Shown: positions 22,271 through 51,616 of the stretch, in pieces
How the letters are laid out: the number at the start of each line of letters is the position of its first letter
Numbering within the stretch: position 1 is the stretch's first letter
Assembly (NCBI RefSeq): GCF_009914755.1
Contig: NC_060941.1
Length of the DNA: 64,000 nt
Source of the DNA: the human T2T-CHM13v2.0 reference genome, Homo sapiens
Reading direction: 5' to 3' (one strand)
Position numbers and translations under genes: made by a program
The notes under the pieces: model-generated
Told to the model about the DNA's origin: nothing
What the model saw: only the letters and a program-made list of their open reading frames with translations
Database searches by the model: none

Positions 22271-22411
22271 TGCATTTTTCTAAGCGCTCTTGATAAAACT
22301 TCTATTAAACAATTAAAATTACTTAAATGAAAACAATCTATTTACACTACAACAAAATGTCCAGCTTAGAAACACCTTTTTTTTTTTAGAAAGAAGTTAA
22401 AAGAAAATTAC

Positions 22412-22526
22412 CTTCATCCCCAAAGTGGAACAGACCAAGTCAATGATAGCACTAAGCTGGTTGCTGTGAAAGTACATAGCCACCAATAATAACATCTCCC
22501 CAAAAGAAGCAGAGACGCCTGAAGTA
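22412..22526 (-). CDS. INTS2: INTS2 exon 11 (TSGVSASFGE...CSTLGMK), 115 nt
   Basis: ttttgacag|T ACT TCA; ATG AAG|gtaatt. Confidence 0.96.
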
Positions 22527-22610
22527 CTGTCAAAACAAAATAGGAAATATGAATTTTCCAAAGAGAGAAGAAGAAAAGCTTTCTCAACTAACTAAATCAA
22601 ATTATCTTAC

Positions 22611-22682
22611 CTCTCAAAATACGCTTCTTCTTTTATCATCCAACTTAGCCACACCACCATCAGCTGCTCCTGTTCAGGTGTA
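22611..22682 (-). CDS. INTS2: INTS2 exon 10 (TPEQEQLMVVWLSWMIKEEAYFES), 72 nt
   Basis: ttatatag|T ACA CCT; GAG AG|gtaaga; followed by an 84-nt intron. Confidence 0.96.
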
Positions 22683-23238
22683 CTATATAAAATATACCAG
22701 AATGTCACTGGTTTAAATTAGATATACTAGCATATGAATAAAAAGCATTCTGAAGTTATTTTTGGTAGAAATTATTTTTCCTGCCCTATTTTCAAGTATC
22801 AAGTCAAATTAAAGGCTTGCTGAATTGGGCCATTAATTGTCATTGAGGTATGAAGTAATTCTAGAGCTCAAGAATGAGGACCTTTGCTTTTTTTCATGGA
22901 TCCCCTCTCAAAGTCTTAGTTACTGCCTTCACAGGTTGGAAAGAGTAAGATTCTTCACATTCCTTAGAAAACAAAGGCCCCTTGGGATTAACTTGTTAAA
23001 ACAACTACACAACAGCTGATATTTATTTCATATAGAAAAAAATCTAGTGTTAACACTTAAGCATCAAAATATCACAAACTGAGTGCCAAACAGTAATGAG
23101 CAGTCCATCTTCTGGAAAAATGAAATTTAATTTATAGAAACCTTATGAGTAGATCTCAAAGTTACAGAGAAATAAATGATCACTAATCATGGGAAAAAAG
23201 GCAGTCACAGGCTTACCAGATATGAAAAATGGCTATAA

Positions 23239-24495
<1,257 letters not shown>

Positions 24496-24571
24496 TATCT
24501 TAAGGACTTTTAAGTATCTTTCTAAACATTAGTTTTTCTATCTATAAGATATAGACAAAAATACCTTATAA

Positions 24572-26515
<1,944 letters not shown>

Positions 26516-26518
26516 ATT

Positions 26519-26841
<323 letters not shown>

Positions 26842-27381
26842 ATTTTGCTCCTTCAGAATGGGTATGTGTGAAGTAAATTCTTTTTGAGACTGGGTATTTC
26901 TGAAAATATCTTTGTCCTACTTTGACATCTGATTGATAGTTTGATGGGGTATGGAATTCTAAGTTGGAAATAATTTCCTTTCAGGACTTTGAAGGTGTTG
27001 CTTCATTGTCTTCTAACTTCCAGTGTTGTCAGGAAGTCTGACATTCTGATTCCTGGTCCTTTGTGTGGCCTATTTGTTTTTAATATAGAAACTCGTAGGA
27101 TTAGTTTTTTATCCCTAGGGTTTTGAAATTTCTGGATGATATGCCTTAGCCTGAGTCTCTTTTTGACTATTGTCCTAGGCATTCAGTAAGCCCTTTGAAC
27201 CTGGAAACTCATGTCTCTCAGTTCTAGGAAATTTTCCTGAATAAATTTGTTGGTAATGTTTTCTTCTTGGGTGTTCTGTCTAAAACCTCCTTTTATTTGG
27301 AATTGGACTTTTTGAAATGATTGTCGTATTTTCTTATCCTTTCCTCTTTTCCTTCCCCTCAATCTTGTTCTACTTTTTAGA
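26842..27381 (-). mobile_element. HAL1 fragment B (opposite orientation to its neighbours)
   Basis: Reverse complement reads ...aggaatcagaatgtcagacttc...acactggaagttagaagacaatg...ttccaacttagaattccatacc... Confidence 0.65.
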
Positions 27382-27535
27382 AAACAGCTTTATTGAGATG
27401 TAATATACATACCATAAGATTTACCCAAAGTGTACAATTGAGTGGTTTTTAGTGTATATACAGAGTTATGCAACCACCAACACAACAGAATTTTAGAACC
27501 TGTTCAGCACTCTAAAAATAACTTGCTCATTCTAA

Positions 27536-28140
27536 GACCAGGTACAGTGGCTCACCCCTGTAAACCCAGTGGTTTGAGAGACTGAGGTGGGAGGACTGTT
27601 TCAGGCCATGAGTTTCAGACTAGCCTGGGCAACACAGCGAAACACTGTCTCTTAAAAAAAAAAAAATTCTCCAGGGGTAGTGGAACGTGCCTTAGTCCCA
27701 GCTATTTGGGAGGTTCAAGGAGAAGGATCACTTCAACCCAGGAGTTCAAGATTACAGTGAGCTATGATTGTGCCATAGCACTACAGCCTGGGTGAAAGAG
27801 CTTAAAAAAAAAAAAAAAAAAAAAACAGAGGCTGGGCACGGTGGCTCACGCCTGTAATCCCAGCACTTTGGGAGGCCGAGGCGGGTGGATCGCGAGGTCA
27901 GGAGATCGAGACCATCGTGGCTAACATGGTGAAACCCCGTCTCTACTAAAAATACAAAAATTAGCCGGGCGTGGTGGCAGGCTCCTGTAGTCCCAGCTAC
28001 TCGGGAGGCTGAGGCAGGAGAATGGCGTGAACCTGGGAGGTGGAGCTTGCAGTGAGCCAAGATATCGCACCACTGCACTCCAGCCTGGGCGACAAAGCTA
28101 GACTCCGTCTCAAAAAAGGAAAAAAAAAAAAAAAAAAAGA
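27536..28140 (+). repeat. AluJ (27536-27826) followed by AluY (27830-28140)
   Basis: Alu consensus matches. Confidence 0.9.
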
Positions 28141-28304
28141 AAGAAAGGATAGGTTTTCTTTTTAATTTTTTTTTTTTTAAACAAAGACAGGAGTCGCACT
28201 ATGTTGCCCCAGCTGGCCTCGAACTCATAGCCTCAAGCAACCCTCCCGCCTCAGCCTCCTGAGTAGCTGGGACTACAGGTGTGAGCCACCACGCCTGGGT
28301 AATA

Positions 28305-29060
28305 TGATGATATGAGATATAAGAAACAGAAGATCCAACAAAGGAGAGATGAAGCAAGTCTCCAAAATGATGGTGAAGGTCAATCCCAGGATGAGAGCTT
28401 TATACTACCAGGTATACCTGGTAACCATTCCAGACCAAAATGCTCCTGAAGAAATCTCCTCAAGAAGATGAAACTCACAGACTGTCTAATGAGTCAAAAC
28501 ATCTGGAGAGAAGATTTAGGCTGGCAGAGAGTTTGAGGTTACATGAATGGTACATATAACACCAAGAAAGTTAAAAGCAAAAAACAAAAACACAGGATAA
28601 ATATTAATCCAAAAAAAAAAAAACAAGTTTTACAAGGAAGTAAAAAATAATCATATACTGCATGGTTGAGTTCTCAGTAGTGCTTACATAATCATAACAA
28701 CTATATATTGATCTAATCTAAATTATAACCATACTAGGAGAATGAGAGGATAGGAAGGACATGTATGGATGTGTTTAGGACAGGGAGAAAAAAGACAGAG
28801 AACTAATTTCTCATCTTTCATACTGGGAACTCAATAAAAAATACCTAAAAGCAAAAATCAAGAGGTATCAAATACAAACATATTATTACAGATGTAGCAG
28901 TAAAACACAAAATAAACAGCTAAAAGAATTGAAAGACACTGCTTCTAAGAAAGATAAAATAGGAAGGAGAGAAGGAAGGACTGCTATTTGCCTTAACAAA
29001 TCCTGAAGAACTATTTCGACTTATTTAAACAATGTACATATATAAGATAAATAAAATGAA
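28305..29060 (+). mobile_element. HAL1 fragment C
   Basis: agaaacagaagatccaacaaaggagag...gatggtgaaggtcaatcccaggatga. Confidence 0.6.
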
Positions 29061-29404
29061 TCAGATGCTACTGATATCCTTATTTTAAAAAAATACAAAT
29101 AAGCTGGGCCAGTGGCATACACCTGCAGTCCCAGCTACTTGGGAGGCTGAGTCAGGAGGATTATTTGAGGCCAGGAGTTCAAGGCTGCACTGTGCTATGA
29201 TCATACCCATGAACAGCCACTGTACTCCAGCCTGGGCAACAAAGCTAGACCCCTTCTCTTAAAAATTGGAAAAAACAAAACAAAACTACGACTGTCCATA
29301 CCTAGACCAGCTTTTGTAGAAAACTCTTATCTAATGCTATACAATTTTATTGAGTAAATAAAAGTAAACCTTGAGAAAATGGAGCAACTTATATAGTTAG
29401 GTAC

Positions 29405-29530
29405 CTGACAAGTGTAGAAAAGGCCAGTAGCATACAAAAGGAAAGTGAAACAAAGCGAACCCCAGCTGGCGTAGCAGGAGGACGGCTCGTCATCAACTGC
29501 AGTAATTGCTCAGCTTCTTCTTCAGTTGGT
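29405..29530 (-). CDS. INTS2: INTS2 exon 9 (PTEEEAEQLL...AFSTLVS), 126 nt
   Basis: cctttttag|A CCA ACT; GTC AG|gtacct. Confidence 0.96.
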
Positions 29531-29891
29531 CTAAAAAGGAATACATCATTAGGCTTTACATTTTTAGTTGGGATGAAGAAGAAAAAGTGAATTTTTAACC
29601 TTTTAGTTACAAATTTTAAACTTTATAATGGTATCTTGCTATTTATAAAATCTTTAACATCTCAAGTTGCCAAATGCAAAACTGTTGAGAAATTACAACT
29701 ACAGTGTTTTACTGTGGACACAAATACAGGCAGGTCCTCCCTTTGCCCTGTAGTGTGAGACCATAAAAATGACCATGCAAGCTGAAATCATGCAACACAA
29801 TCTTAATAATCAATGGTGAAAAGTATGGTTGTACTGTAGCCTTTAAAATTTTTGTCAAAACATTAAAAACTCTGTTGATTATAATGCATAA

Positions 29892-30941
<1,050 letters not shown>

Positions 30942-31062
30942 TATGCTTTCATCTTTATTGGCCAACTGTCTCTTCCAATTATCTGTTTTTGGAATATAAT
31001 GTTCCAAAAACTGTTTCCATGTTTTGGAACATGAGTTCATTATGGAGAGAAAGGAAGCAATA

Positions 31063-31300
31063 CAGGTTGAGTAACCCCAATCCAAAAAACCTAAAATCTG
31101 AAATGCCCCCAAACTCCAAAACATTCTGAGTGCCAATATGAGGTAATGAGCTCAAAGGAAATGCTCATTGGAGCATTAAGGATTTTGAATTTCTGTTAGG
31201 GATGCTAAATCGGTAAATATAAACATTCCAAAATCCGAAAAGTTCTAAAATCCCAAACGCTTCTGGTCTCAAGCATTTCAGATAAGGGATATTCAACCTT
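31063..31300 (+). mobile_element. Tigger4a (MER46A)-like MITE
   Basis: TA|caggttgagtaaccc...agggatattcaacctt|TA terminal inverted repeats with TA duplication. Confidence 0.85.
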
Positions 31301-31607
31301 TACAACTACCTCCTCTGCTATATGTACATGAATCAAATAACAGGTGTGCAGTAACCAGCTACCGACAGACTTTGAAAGAAGTGAGGCCATTGGTCACTAA
31401 CCATGATGTACATCTGTTATTTACTTAGTGATCTGTGTCCTGAGGAGCTCACAAACTCTATACAATTAACTGGTTAATGTATCATGGCAACTGAAATGGC
31501 AACTGTGTTGAGAGACCAGCATTATTTAAATAAACTGGCGTAACTGAAACTCATGCATATTGGAGACATGCAAATGAGGACTGTATGTACAATTATTAAG
31601 AACACTA

Positions 31608-31946
<339 letters not shown>

Positions 31947-32354
31947 TCACATCATATTAATTTTAAACAATTATGATATCAGCTGTAAAAGGAAACAAAG
32001 GAGAGATTTACTTCAACTAGTCAATGGTAAAAGATCACTCACAGATCATTCACTATAGTTTTGTCAAGCTGTGTTGAAATCACAGGTTTCTTTAAACTGT
32101 GATTGGAAATTGATAAACTGCTCTGGCTCCTCCCATATTTATATAGTTCTGTTTACAATCAGAACAAAATAGATGAATACATCTCTGCTAGAAATTCTTG
32201 GCCTTAGGATTTCATTCTTCTTACAGGCCAGCCCACTACCTGAGTCCAACAGAAAACTTTAATCCTCTGAATAAAAGGCCTTTGGCTCACTTTCTTGAGA
32301 ATAGAAACAAGAAGGTAAAATGACAAAAAGGTAAAATATCAAACTATTGAATAC

Positions 32355-32581
32355 TTGAGTCCAGCGATCCCCATCAAAGCACAGTACAGACGTAAGAGTG
32401 CACTGGCTTTCACAACATGCTCTTCTTTCAGCCCCGAATACACAGACACATTGGGCTCCATATCCACATCAGCTTCTTCCACAATTCGGGTGCTTCTTAC
32501 TGTGGGAAGAATGCCCATCAACTCCAGAAGAAGCTGCCTTCTCATCTGCCAAAGGACAGAACTGCTGGTCTCTCTTTTTCT
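32355..32581 (-). CDS. INTS2: INTS2 exon 8 (RKRETSSS...MGIAGLK), 227 nt
   Basis: ttctttcag|AGA AAA; CTC AA|gtattc; matches ORF 32339..32617. Confidence 0.95.
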
Positions 32582-33063
32582 CTGAAAGAAATATGGATCA
32601 CAAAAGGAAGAAAGCATGAAGCATTTACTAAACTAAAAGGGAGCTAAAACATAGCACCCCACTTAAACACTTTCAAATTGGCCTATTTGAAGAGATTGTC
32701 GTGACTACAGAATCTCATTTTAACCAATCAAGCAAACTCAAAATCCACTAGTTTGTCTGAAGAATGAATATTCACCATAATTTGGATTGGTTGCAGAGGA
32801 AAGACTAAATTAGTGACAATTTGAATTGTGGAATATTATTTCAATGGTACTTTCAAATACATAAAGACTAACAAAGTGATATGTGGTATAGGAGAAAATG
32901 CTCAGATTTTGAAGACGTAAGTTCTTGGGGTTTAAATGCCAGCTCTACTATTAGACGATTATATACCTTTAGGCACATTGGTTAGCCTCTCTGAACCCCA
33001 ATTTCCTTAATGACAAGGAAATATTTTATCAACAATATTTACCTTATAGAACTCCTATAATTA

Positions 33064-33375
<312 letters not shown>

Positions 33376-34027
33376 GAGTTTACAATTCTATAACCACTAC
33401 AGTTCTTCAGGCAGGGACAATGCCTTAGTCTTCTCTCACTCTGCACAGTCGAACATTGTGCCTAACATACAGCAAGCACTCAAAGTCTGTTAAGTAGATG
33501 AATGAACAGAGATAATACATGTATGAAAGCAGTTCTAAACTATACAGGGCTAGACAAATGTTAATTATTATCTTTTGAGTGTCTCTAAGTAAAATATGAT
33601 AGACCTGCTTTAATAATAACAGTAAGTTCAAAGAATAAAGGTTTATTGAATACAAAAGACAACTACAAACAAGATGAGCATGCCAAGTGCTTAAGGCAGT
33701 ACCTGACATATATGAAGCATCCAATAAATAAATGTTAACTTTGTTTTAAAAAGCAGAGCTTAAAATCAGTTTTCAAATGGGCTATAAAATAGAACTTGAA
33801 TATTTTAAAAAACTATGATTCAGTAGCTTAAAAATAGACTACAGGATCTAAGCAGTATACATGTTGTCTAGCTAAGTGACCTCAACGAGTTAAATCGCAA
33901 TCTGCATTAGCTCCTTCATAGGAACTCTATTCACATAGTTAATATAAATTAGTTTTTGAAAAATTAAAACATTTTGCAAGTTAAAAACTGTTGCAAAATA
34001 CATATGCATAAGCAGGTGAACGTATAA

Positions 34028-34356
<329 letters not shown>

Positions 34357-34766
34357 CTTACTTCTTATTTTTATAGATTTAGGGGGTACAAGTGCAGTTT
34401 TGTTACATGAATCTATTGCATAGAAGTCTGGGCTGTTGGTGTAGTCATCACCCTGATAGTATACCCTGTACCCAATATAGGTAACTTCTCAACCCTCACC
34501 CCCTTCCCACCCTCCCAACATTTGGAGTCTATGATGTGTATTATCCCACTCGCTTATGTCCATGTGTACACATGATTAGCACCCACTCATAATTGAGAAT
34601 ATGCAATATTTGACTTTGTTTATGCGTTATTTCACTTAATATAATGGCCTCCAGTTCCATCCATGTTACTGTCAGACATGATTTTATTCTTTTTTATGGT
34701 TGAGTTGTATTCCATGGTGTGTGTGTTTGTGTGTGTGTATACATATATACGTGTGTGTGTACATGT

Positions 34767-34810
<44 letters not shown>

Positions 34811-34986
34811 ATATATCACATTTTCTTTAAGCAACCATCCGTTGATAGATGCTTAGGTTGATTCCATAACATTGCTACTGTGAATAGTGCTGAAATAAAC
34901 ATACAAGTGTAGGTACATTTTTTATATAATGATTTCTCTACCCAGCAGTAGGATTGCTGGACAGAATGGCAGTTCTACTCTAAGTT
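34357..34986 (-). mobile_element. L1PB3/4-like 3' end with internal (TG)n
   Basis: Antisense L1 3'UTR (tagatttagggggtacaagtgcagttttgttacatg); lies inside a 17-bp TSD cacaatggaatattatt. Confidence 0.8.
34717..34810. repeat. Compound (TG)n microsatellite
   Basis: Includes about 18 uninterrupted TG units at 34772-34809. Confidence 0.9.
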
Positions 34987-35122
34987 CACAATGGAATATT
35001 ATTCAGCCTTTAAAAAGGAAATCCTGACACATGTTACAACATAGATGAACCTTGAAAACATTATGCTAAGTGAAATAAGCAACATACAAAAGGAGAAATA
35101 TTGTATAATTCCATTTACTTCA

Positions 35123-35557
<435 letters not shown>

Positions 35558-35743
35558 TAGTTCTGGAAACGAAGAGTGATAATGGTTGCACACTGTAAAT
35601 ATACTTAATGCCACTGAATTATATACTTAAAAATGATTAAATGGCAAAATTTTATGTTATGTATATTTTACCATAATAAAAACATATATACACATATGTA
35701 TTAAAATTTAAAAATATAATAACTTATTTCAGTGATCTAATGC

Positions 35744-36375
35744 ACCAGTTCTCATGAGTCTGGCCCAGAACCCTGGAGATATATGCTTTCAGGGGGTCTG
35801 GAAAGGTGTTAATAATACTCAAGACATTATCTGTCTTTTTCTTTCTCATTCACTCACAAGGGTACGGTGCAGTTTCCAAAGGCTTCTACCAAGCCAGACA
35901 TTGAAGATATTTGAAAAAAATACAATAAAATAAAACTATCATTCTTCTCATTAAATTTTGTTTGGGAAAACACAGTTAGTTTTCATTTAAAATATGTTAT
36001 GTTCACATTTAATAGGGTTATTGTTGTTTGGTTTTGGTTTTTTTTTAAGAGATGAGGTCTCGCTATGTTGCCCAGGCTAAAGTACAGTCGCTATTCACAG
36101 GCACAATTATCACACACTATACCCTAGAACCCCCTGGCTTAAGCAATCTTCCTGCTTCAGCCTCCTAAGTAGCTAGGACTATAGGCACATACCAACACAC
36201 CAGCTGTTCCTATTTTTAAAAGAACTAAATAAATATTTCAAATATTTAAGTGTTAATTTCTAATATGGTAAATATCAACAGAAAAAAAGCCACATAAACA
36301 AAAGCTCTTTGGTATCCTTAGTGATTTTTTAAAATATAAGGAGGTCCCTGAAACTAGAAAGTGTGAGAACCACTT
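35744..36375 (+). mobile_element. hAT-Charlie element (Charlie4a/MER119-like), Alu-interrupted
   Basis: cagttctca...ctttcagggggtc...aagccagacatt...cacataaacaaaagctctttgg...tgagaaccact. Confidence 0.7.
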
Positions 36376-36467
36376 GTCTAATGACATCATTCAAAAAATG
36401 TTTCTTTCTCTTTTAGCAGCTGCTAAAGTATTCTGATCCTTAGCCTATACAGATATTTAACCCTCAC

Positions 36468-36641
36468 CTGCTGTCCATTTCGGATAAAAGTTCCAAACCA
36501 AGTCCGGACTTTCGCATTTGTTCCAAGAAGCAAACCACTTACAAAACAAACCAAGTCACTCACTCCATCCTCACAAGCTTCATTTTTAGTATGATCCAAT
36601 GTCAAAGCCACACCAAGGCCTGGCAAGTGACATTCTTCCAC
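36468..36641 (-). CDS. INTS2: INTS2 exon 7 (VEECHLPG...FIRNGQQ), 174 nt
   Basis: gtgctag|GTG GAA; CAG CAG|gtgagg; matches ORF 36423..36641. Confidence 0.97.
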
Positions 36642-36887
36642 CTAGCACAGAAAAGAAAACAAACTGAATTCAGTATCATAAGCAAAAAGGCCAGTGATGC
36701 TTCCAAATCTAAAGTATCTAAAGTTTAGAGGAAGAACTCCTACAAAACATAAAAACCCAGAGAGGAAGGTAACATATCCAGTATATAAATAAAATTCCCC
36801 ACCTCTACAGGACTCTAAAACCATCTTGAGAAGAGTTCTTGGACCTAATATAAAGGCCTTTGTCTAATAAAACACAGGATCACTTAC

Positions 36888-37018
36888 CACCATGCCTCGG
36901 ACCTTGAGGGCCTGAGAAGGATTCATTTTACACAAGAAGCGTAAGGCATCTGTCCTGCGCCTTCCTCCAAGACTTTCTTCATCTTGTCGTTCTCCATTTT
37001 TTATCAGGCCCCTACAAA
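36888..37018 (-). CDS. INTS2: INTS2 exon 6 (VCRGLIKNG...ALKVRGMV), 131 nt
   Basis: catgttag|TT TGT; ATG GTG|gtaagt. Confidence 0.96.
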
Positions 37019-37049
37019 CTAACATGATAGAAACCATCTTCTTCAGCCT

Positions 37050-39230
<2,181 letters not shown>

Positions 39231-39234
39231 ATTT

Positions 39235-42740
<3,506 letters not shown>

Positions 42741-43844
42741 TTTAAAAAGAAAAATTAAAACAAAGGTGACAACAAATTGAATAATATGTAAATAATGTTT
42801 AGAAAGGGGGATATAACTATAAATGTGAAAACTAAGAATAAAGAAATCAAATTTGACTTGGGGAAAAAAGTATATTTTATAATGAAAAAAAGGCTCAATT
42901 CATCATAAAGATATAATCATCCTAAATGCATATAAACCCAACAAAAGAGCTTTGAAATACATGAAGCAAAAACTGACAGAACAAAAAGAAGAAATAGGCA
43001 AATCCACAATTATGTCTGGAGACATCAAAACTCCTCTCTCAGTAATTGACAGAACAAGTTGACAAAAAATCGGCAAGGACACAGTTTACAAAGAGTTTTT
43101 ACATATCATCTGATATTCAATAAATCTCTTAAAAAAGTCAGGGAACTATTACACTATCAATATCTCCATTTTACAGATGAGAAGTATTTTGGTTTGTTTG
43201 TTTGTTTAAGACAGAGTCTCACTCTGTTGCCCAGGCTGGAGTGCAGTGGCACATATCGGCTCGCTGCAACCTCCACCTCACAGATTGAAGCAATTCTCCT
43301 GTCTCAGCCTCCTGAGTAGCTGAGATTACAGGCATCCACCACCAAGCCCAGCTAATTTTTGTATTTTTAGTAGAGACGGGGTTTCACTATGTTGGCCAGG
43401 CTGGTCTCAAACTCCTGGCCTGAAATGATGCACCCACCTCGGCCTCCCCAAGTGCTGGGATTACAGGCATGAGCCACCGTGCCCAGCCAGATGAGAAGTA
43501 TTTTGATAGAGCTCACACAATAAGTGAATGACAAAATCAGGAATTATAACTCCAGTACTTTTTCCTCCCAGGCTCCTAATTCACAAACTACCTTGCTCAA
43601 CAAAATGTTTTTATTTTTATATCACTCATACCCAAACAACAACCTTCAATCACTGTAAGTTTTAAATAGAGGTGAAAAAATGTAGTCGATTTTTCTCAAT
43701 TTCTACTTTATACTTCTCTGTAAACTGACAGCAGTAGGGCTAAAAAACAAAGGTCTGATTCCTAGCATTTCTCATTATACATATCCCGTATTGCTCTCTT
43801 GATATTTCACTGATACATGTATCTTCTTTGATCCCTGATTATAG

Positions 43845-44106
<262 letters not shown>

Positions 44107-44346
44107 TGATCTGCCCGCCTCGGCCTCCCAAAGTGCTGGGATTACAGGTGTGAGCCACTGCGCCCAGCCTGATCTTTAAACTCAATACAATTTGTGAACT
44201 CAATATTTCTTTATACATACTAACAAACTTTCAAAAGATAAAATCTCAAATAAAATCCCATTAATGTTTCTTCTTAGGTCAAAAAGATAGGTCCTGTACA
44301 TGTCCAAGCAAGTCTTTTCAATATACCATATTAGAATCATATTTAC

Positions 44347-44460
44347 CTTCATTAAAACTATCAGGAACATTGGCCACCAAGAGACACAAGAACCAGGCAC
44401 CATTTCTAACATGTAGCAAAGCTTCAGCTACATCAACTATAGGGAGCAAGGAAGGGAGCT
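44347..44460 (-). CDS. INTS2: INTS2 exon 5 (ELPSLLPIV...VPDSFNE), 114 nt
   Basis: cttgtag|AG CTC; GAA G|gtaaat. Confidence 0.96.
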
Positions 44461-44929
44461 CTACAAGAAAACAAAGTCAGTGTTAGTCTTTGTTAACAGG
44501 TGCACTCCACCACACCCAGCTAATTTTTTTTATTTTCTGTGGAGACTGAATCTCACTGTGTTGCCCAGGTGGGTCTCAAACTTTGGCCTCAAGTGATCCT
44601 CCAGCCTCAGCCTCCCAAAGTGCTAAGATTACAGGCATAAGCCACCATGCCTGGACCCAGTGTTAAAGAGTGATATTTCTTTTTTTCTTCTTTAAGACAG
44701 GGTCTTGCTTTGTTGCCCAGGCTACAGTGCAGTGGTGTGATTATAGCTCACTGCAGCCTCAACCTCCTGGGCTCAAGCAATCCTCCTGCCTCAGCCTCCT
44801 AAACTCCTAGAATTACAGGCATGAGCCACCATGCCCAACCAAAAATGACATTTCATTGTATTATTAAATATCTTTTGACATTTCACAAATGTCATCTAAA
44901 ATAAAGTACTTTCTTTTCATAGTCTAGAA

Positions 44930-46300
<1,371 letters not shown>

Positions 46301-46670
46301 AAGTATTTTATTTTAATTCATCAAGGGTATTGTTCTTGAACTTTTAACAAAACTGGGATTATAGTCTACTTAACACTTTGCCCTTTGCTTTTTTCACTTA
46401 ACATATTGTAAACATTTTCCAAAATCATTAACGAGCATTAAAGTCATTAAATCAAAGATACCATGTTAATGTCTGCATAATATGTCACACTATGAAAATA
46501 ATATAATTTACTTAATCATTGTCCAACTATTAGTCACTTTTGACTTAAAATCACATAACATGTTTGTTATATGATCCCTAAAATAACACAGCATACCAGG
46601 CTAAGAAGTTACACAGTATCATTTAACAAGAAACTATATATGAAATCCATCTTAGCACTCAGTACAGTAC

Positions 46671-46773
46671 CTGCTTGTAAAATACAAAGTACATCTGCAG
46701 CTTCCTCCAAATATACTGGACTCTCAAAAAGTTCAGAAGACTTGAAAAAAAATTCTCCGTTGGACTCAGACAC
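46671..46773 (-). CDS. INTS2: INTS2 exon 4 (VSESNGEFFF...VLCILQA), 103 nt
   Basis: ttttaag|GTG TCT; GCA G|gtactg. Confidence 0.96.
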
Positions 46774-47133
46774 CTTAAAAAAGAAAAAAAAAAGATATAA
46801 ACTCTATTAATTTCAGATAATTAAATCCCTATTTTTATAATTATTTCTTGAGCTCACAGATTATGTCTCTTAATGTATCACTAATATACCACAGCAGAAT
46901 ATGCAGTATTCAATCAATTTCAACCAATTTAACCACACACAGCAGTCATGTTAATTATTATTCAGATATAGCAGTATCAATCTCAAGAACTGATTTCTAT
47001 CTAAATATTTGGAGACAACTGGAATTAAAGGATAAGGCAAGCCAAAGAAATGAACTACAAATGCAGCCTACATAAACTGCTTTAAAAAAGCCAAGAACAG
47101 TCAACCTAAAGCAGTTTAACAAATATAAATTCA

Positions 47134-48460
<1,327 letters not shown>

Positions 48461-48629
48461 CTAAAACTCACCAAAATCCTCTCTACCAGTATTTTCTATG
48501 AAAACAGAATTTAGTCCTTTCTCTTTTTGTCCACAATTTATAAAACTAAACTTTATTTACTATAAATTAACTGACTCCCCAAAATTATAACAGTAAATAA
48601 ACATAAAGATCTAATTTAGTGGGTTTTTG

Positions 48630-48905
48630 TGGTGGTGGTGGTTGTTGTTTTTGAGGCAGTTTTACTCTTGTTGCCTAGGCTGGAGTGCAATGGCACAATC
48701 TCGGCTCACCACAACCTCCACCTCCCAGGTTCAAGCAATTCTTTTACAGGCATGCACCACCACTCCTGGCTAATTTTGTATTTTTTAGTAGAAACGGGGT
48801 TTCTCCATGTTGGTCAGGCTGGTCTTGAACTCCCAACCTCAGGTGATCCGCCCACCTCGGCCTCCCAAAGTGCTGGGATTACAGGCGTGCACCACCACGC
48901 CCAGC
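48630..48905 (-). repeat. Alu (Sp/Sq-like)
   Basis: Antisense dimer with internal deletion. Confidence 0.85.
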
Positions 48906-49490
48906 TAATTTAGTTATTTATATGATAGAACTTTGACATTCAAAAATTTTAAATTCAGAGTTTCAATTAACTATATTACCCAAAGGTCTATGACCTAAGT
49001 AATCTATAATTTTACAAAGAAGATAACTTGAATAGCTTTCATTAGTGTAAAGAAGCACTTTGGTCATTTAGTGATTGAGACTAGCCAATCATCCTACATT
49101 CAATTCAGCATTGATACTCCCCTCTGCTGTCATATATGAGGCTGTTACTGCTCATCCAGTGTCTAAATGAATCACATACATTTTTCAGTTATTCACATTC
49201 AGTTATTGAAAATGTTACTTCATTACACTTTATGGGAGAAATTGTATCCCATAAAGGTATTATCTGCTAATAAATTTGATAATCTGTACAAGCCTTGAGA
49301 TAAATCCCTTTCTAAATGTCAAGAAGCCACTGTGTATGGATTCCATACGGAAAAAAATCCCTCTCATAGAAAATGCAGAACAAGTATAAATGAGAGAAAA
49401 TGATAATTAAGAGAAGGACTTTAAGGCAGACTTATAATATCCTTTCAGGCTTTGAAAGGAAAACAAATATATAGAAATAAAAGTAGAGAA

Positions 49491-51030
<1,540 letters not shown>

Positions 51031-51305
51031 CTAGGGGAAGTTACCCTACCTACTTCCCACTGAAAGTAATTGGCCTAATGAGTTTAGCCCACATACAACA
51101 GCACATTGCCATATTTCTCTAGATAACATTTTATAACATGGAAGTCAAAAGATTCTGGAACTGTAACTATATACAGAAAAGACCTAAGTAAAATGCTCTC
51201 CAGAATTTAGATTCTCATTCTCTCTTTTCTGGAGAGCTCTAAAAAATATCTGATTCCCTGTTCTTTGTCAAATCCAAATCCACATATAATATAACATAAC
51301 ATTAC

Positions 51306-51616
51306 CTAAGCTGCTGTTCTTTGCTGGCATCTTGTTCTAAAGCATGAAAGTCCACGGACAACAATGCAACAATGGAGTTGACAGCTTCCACTCCAGAAAG
51401 AAGGCGAAGGATGAGTTTCTTATCCTGAGCCCAGCTTTGGCTCTGGTCAGCAGGTGCACAAAGTGCCATCCGTACCAAACAGGGCAGAAGAAGTCTTAAT
51501 TCTGGATCACTTAAAGATGCCAGGCAAACAACATCCACCTTCTGCATTGCCTCAAAAGCAAAAGGGCTGACAAACTGAAGACTTGTACATTCAGTCATTA
51601 TTACTGTTTGTTGATC
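51306..51616 (-). CDS. INTS2: INTS2 exon 2 (DQQTVI-MTECTSLQFV...ASKEQQLR); internal ATG at 51598
   Basis: Acceptor ttaccattag|GAT, donor CTTAG|gtaat; matches ORF 51302..51598. Confidence 0.97.

Noticed and set aside
30985-31032. Alternating inverted repeats (tttttggaat / gttccaaaaa / ttttggaac) suggesting a bistable hairpin or pre-miRNA
   Set aside because: Short AT-rich stems inside a DNA-transposon fossil; too short for a miRNA hairpin.
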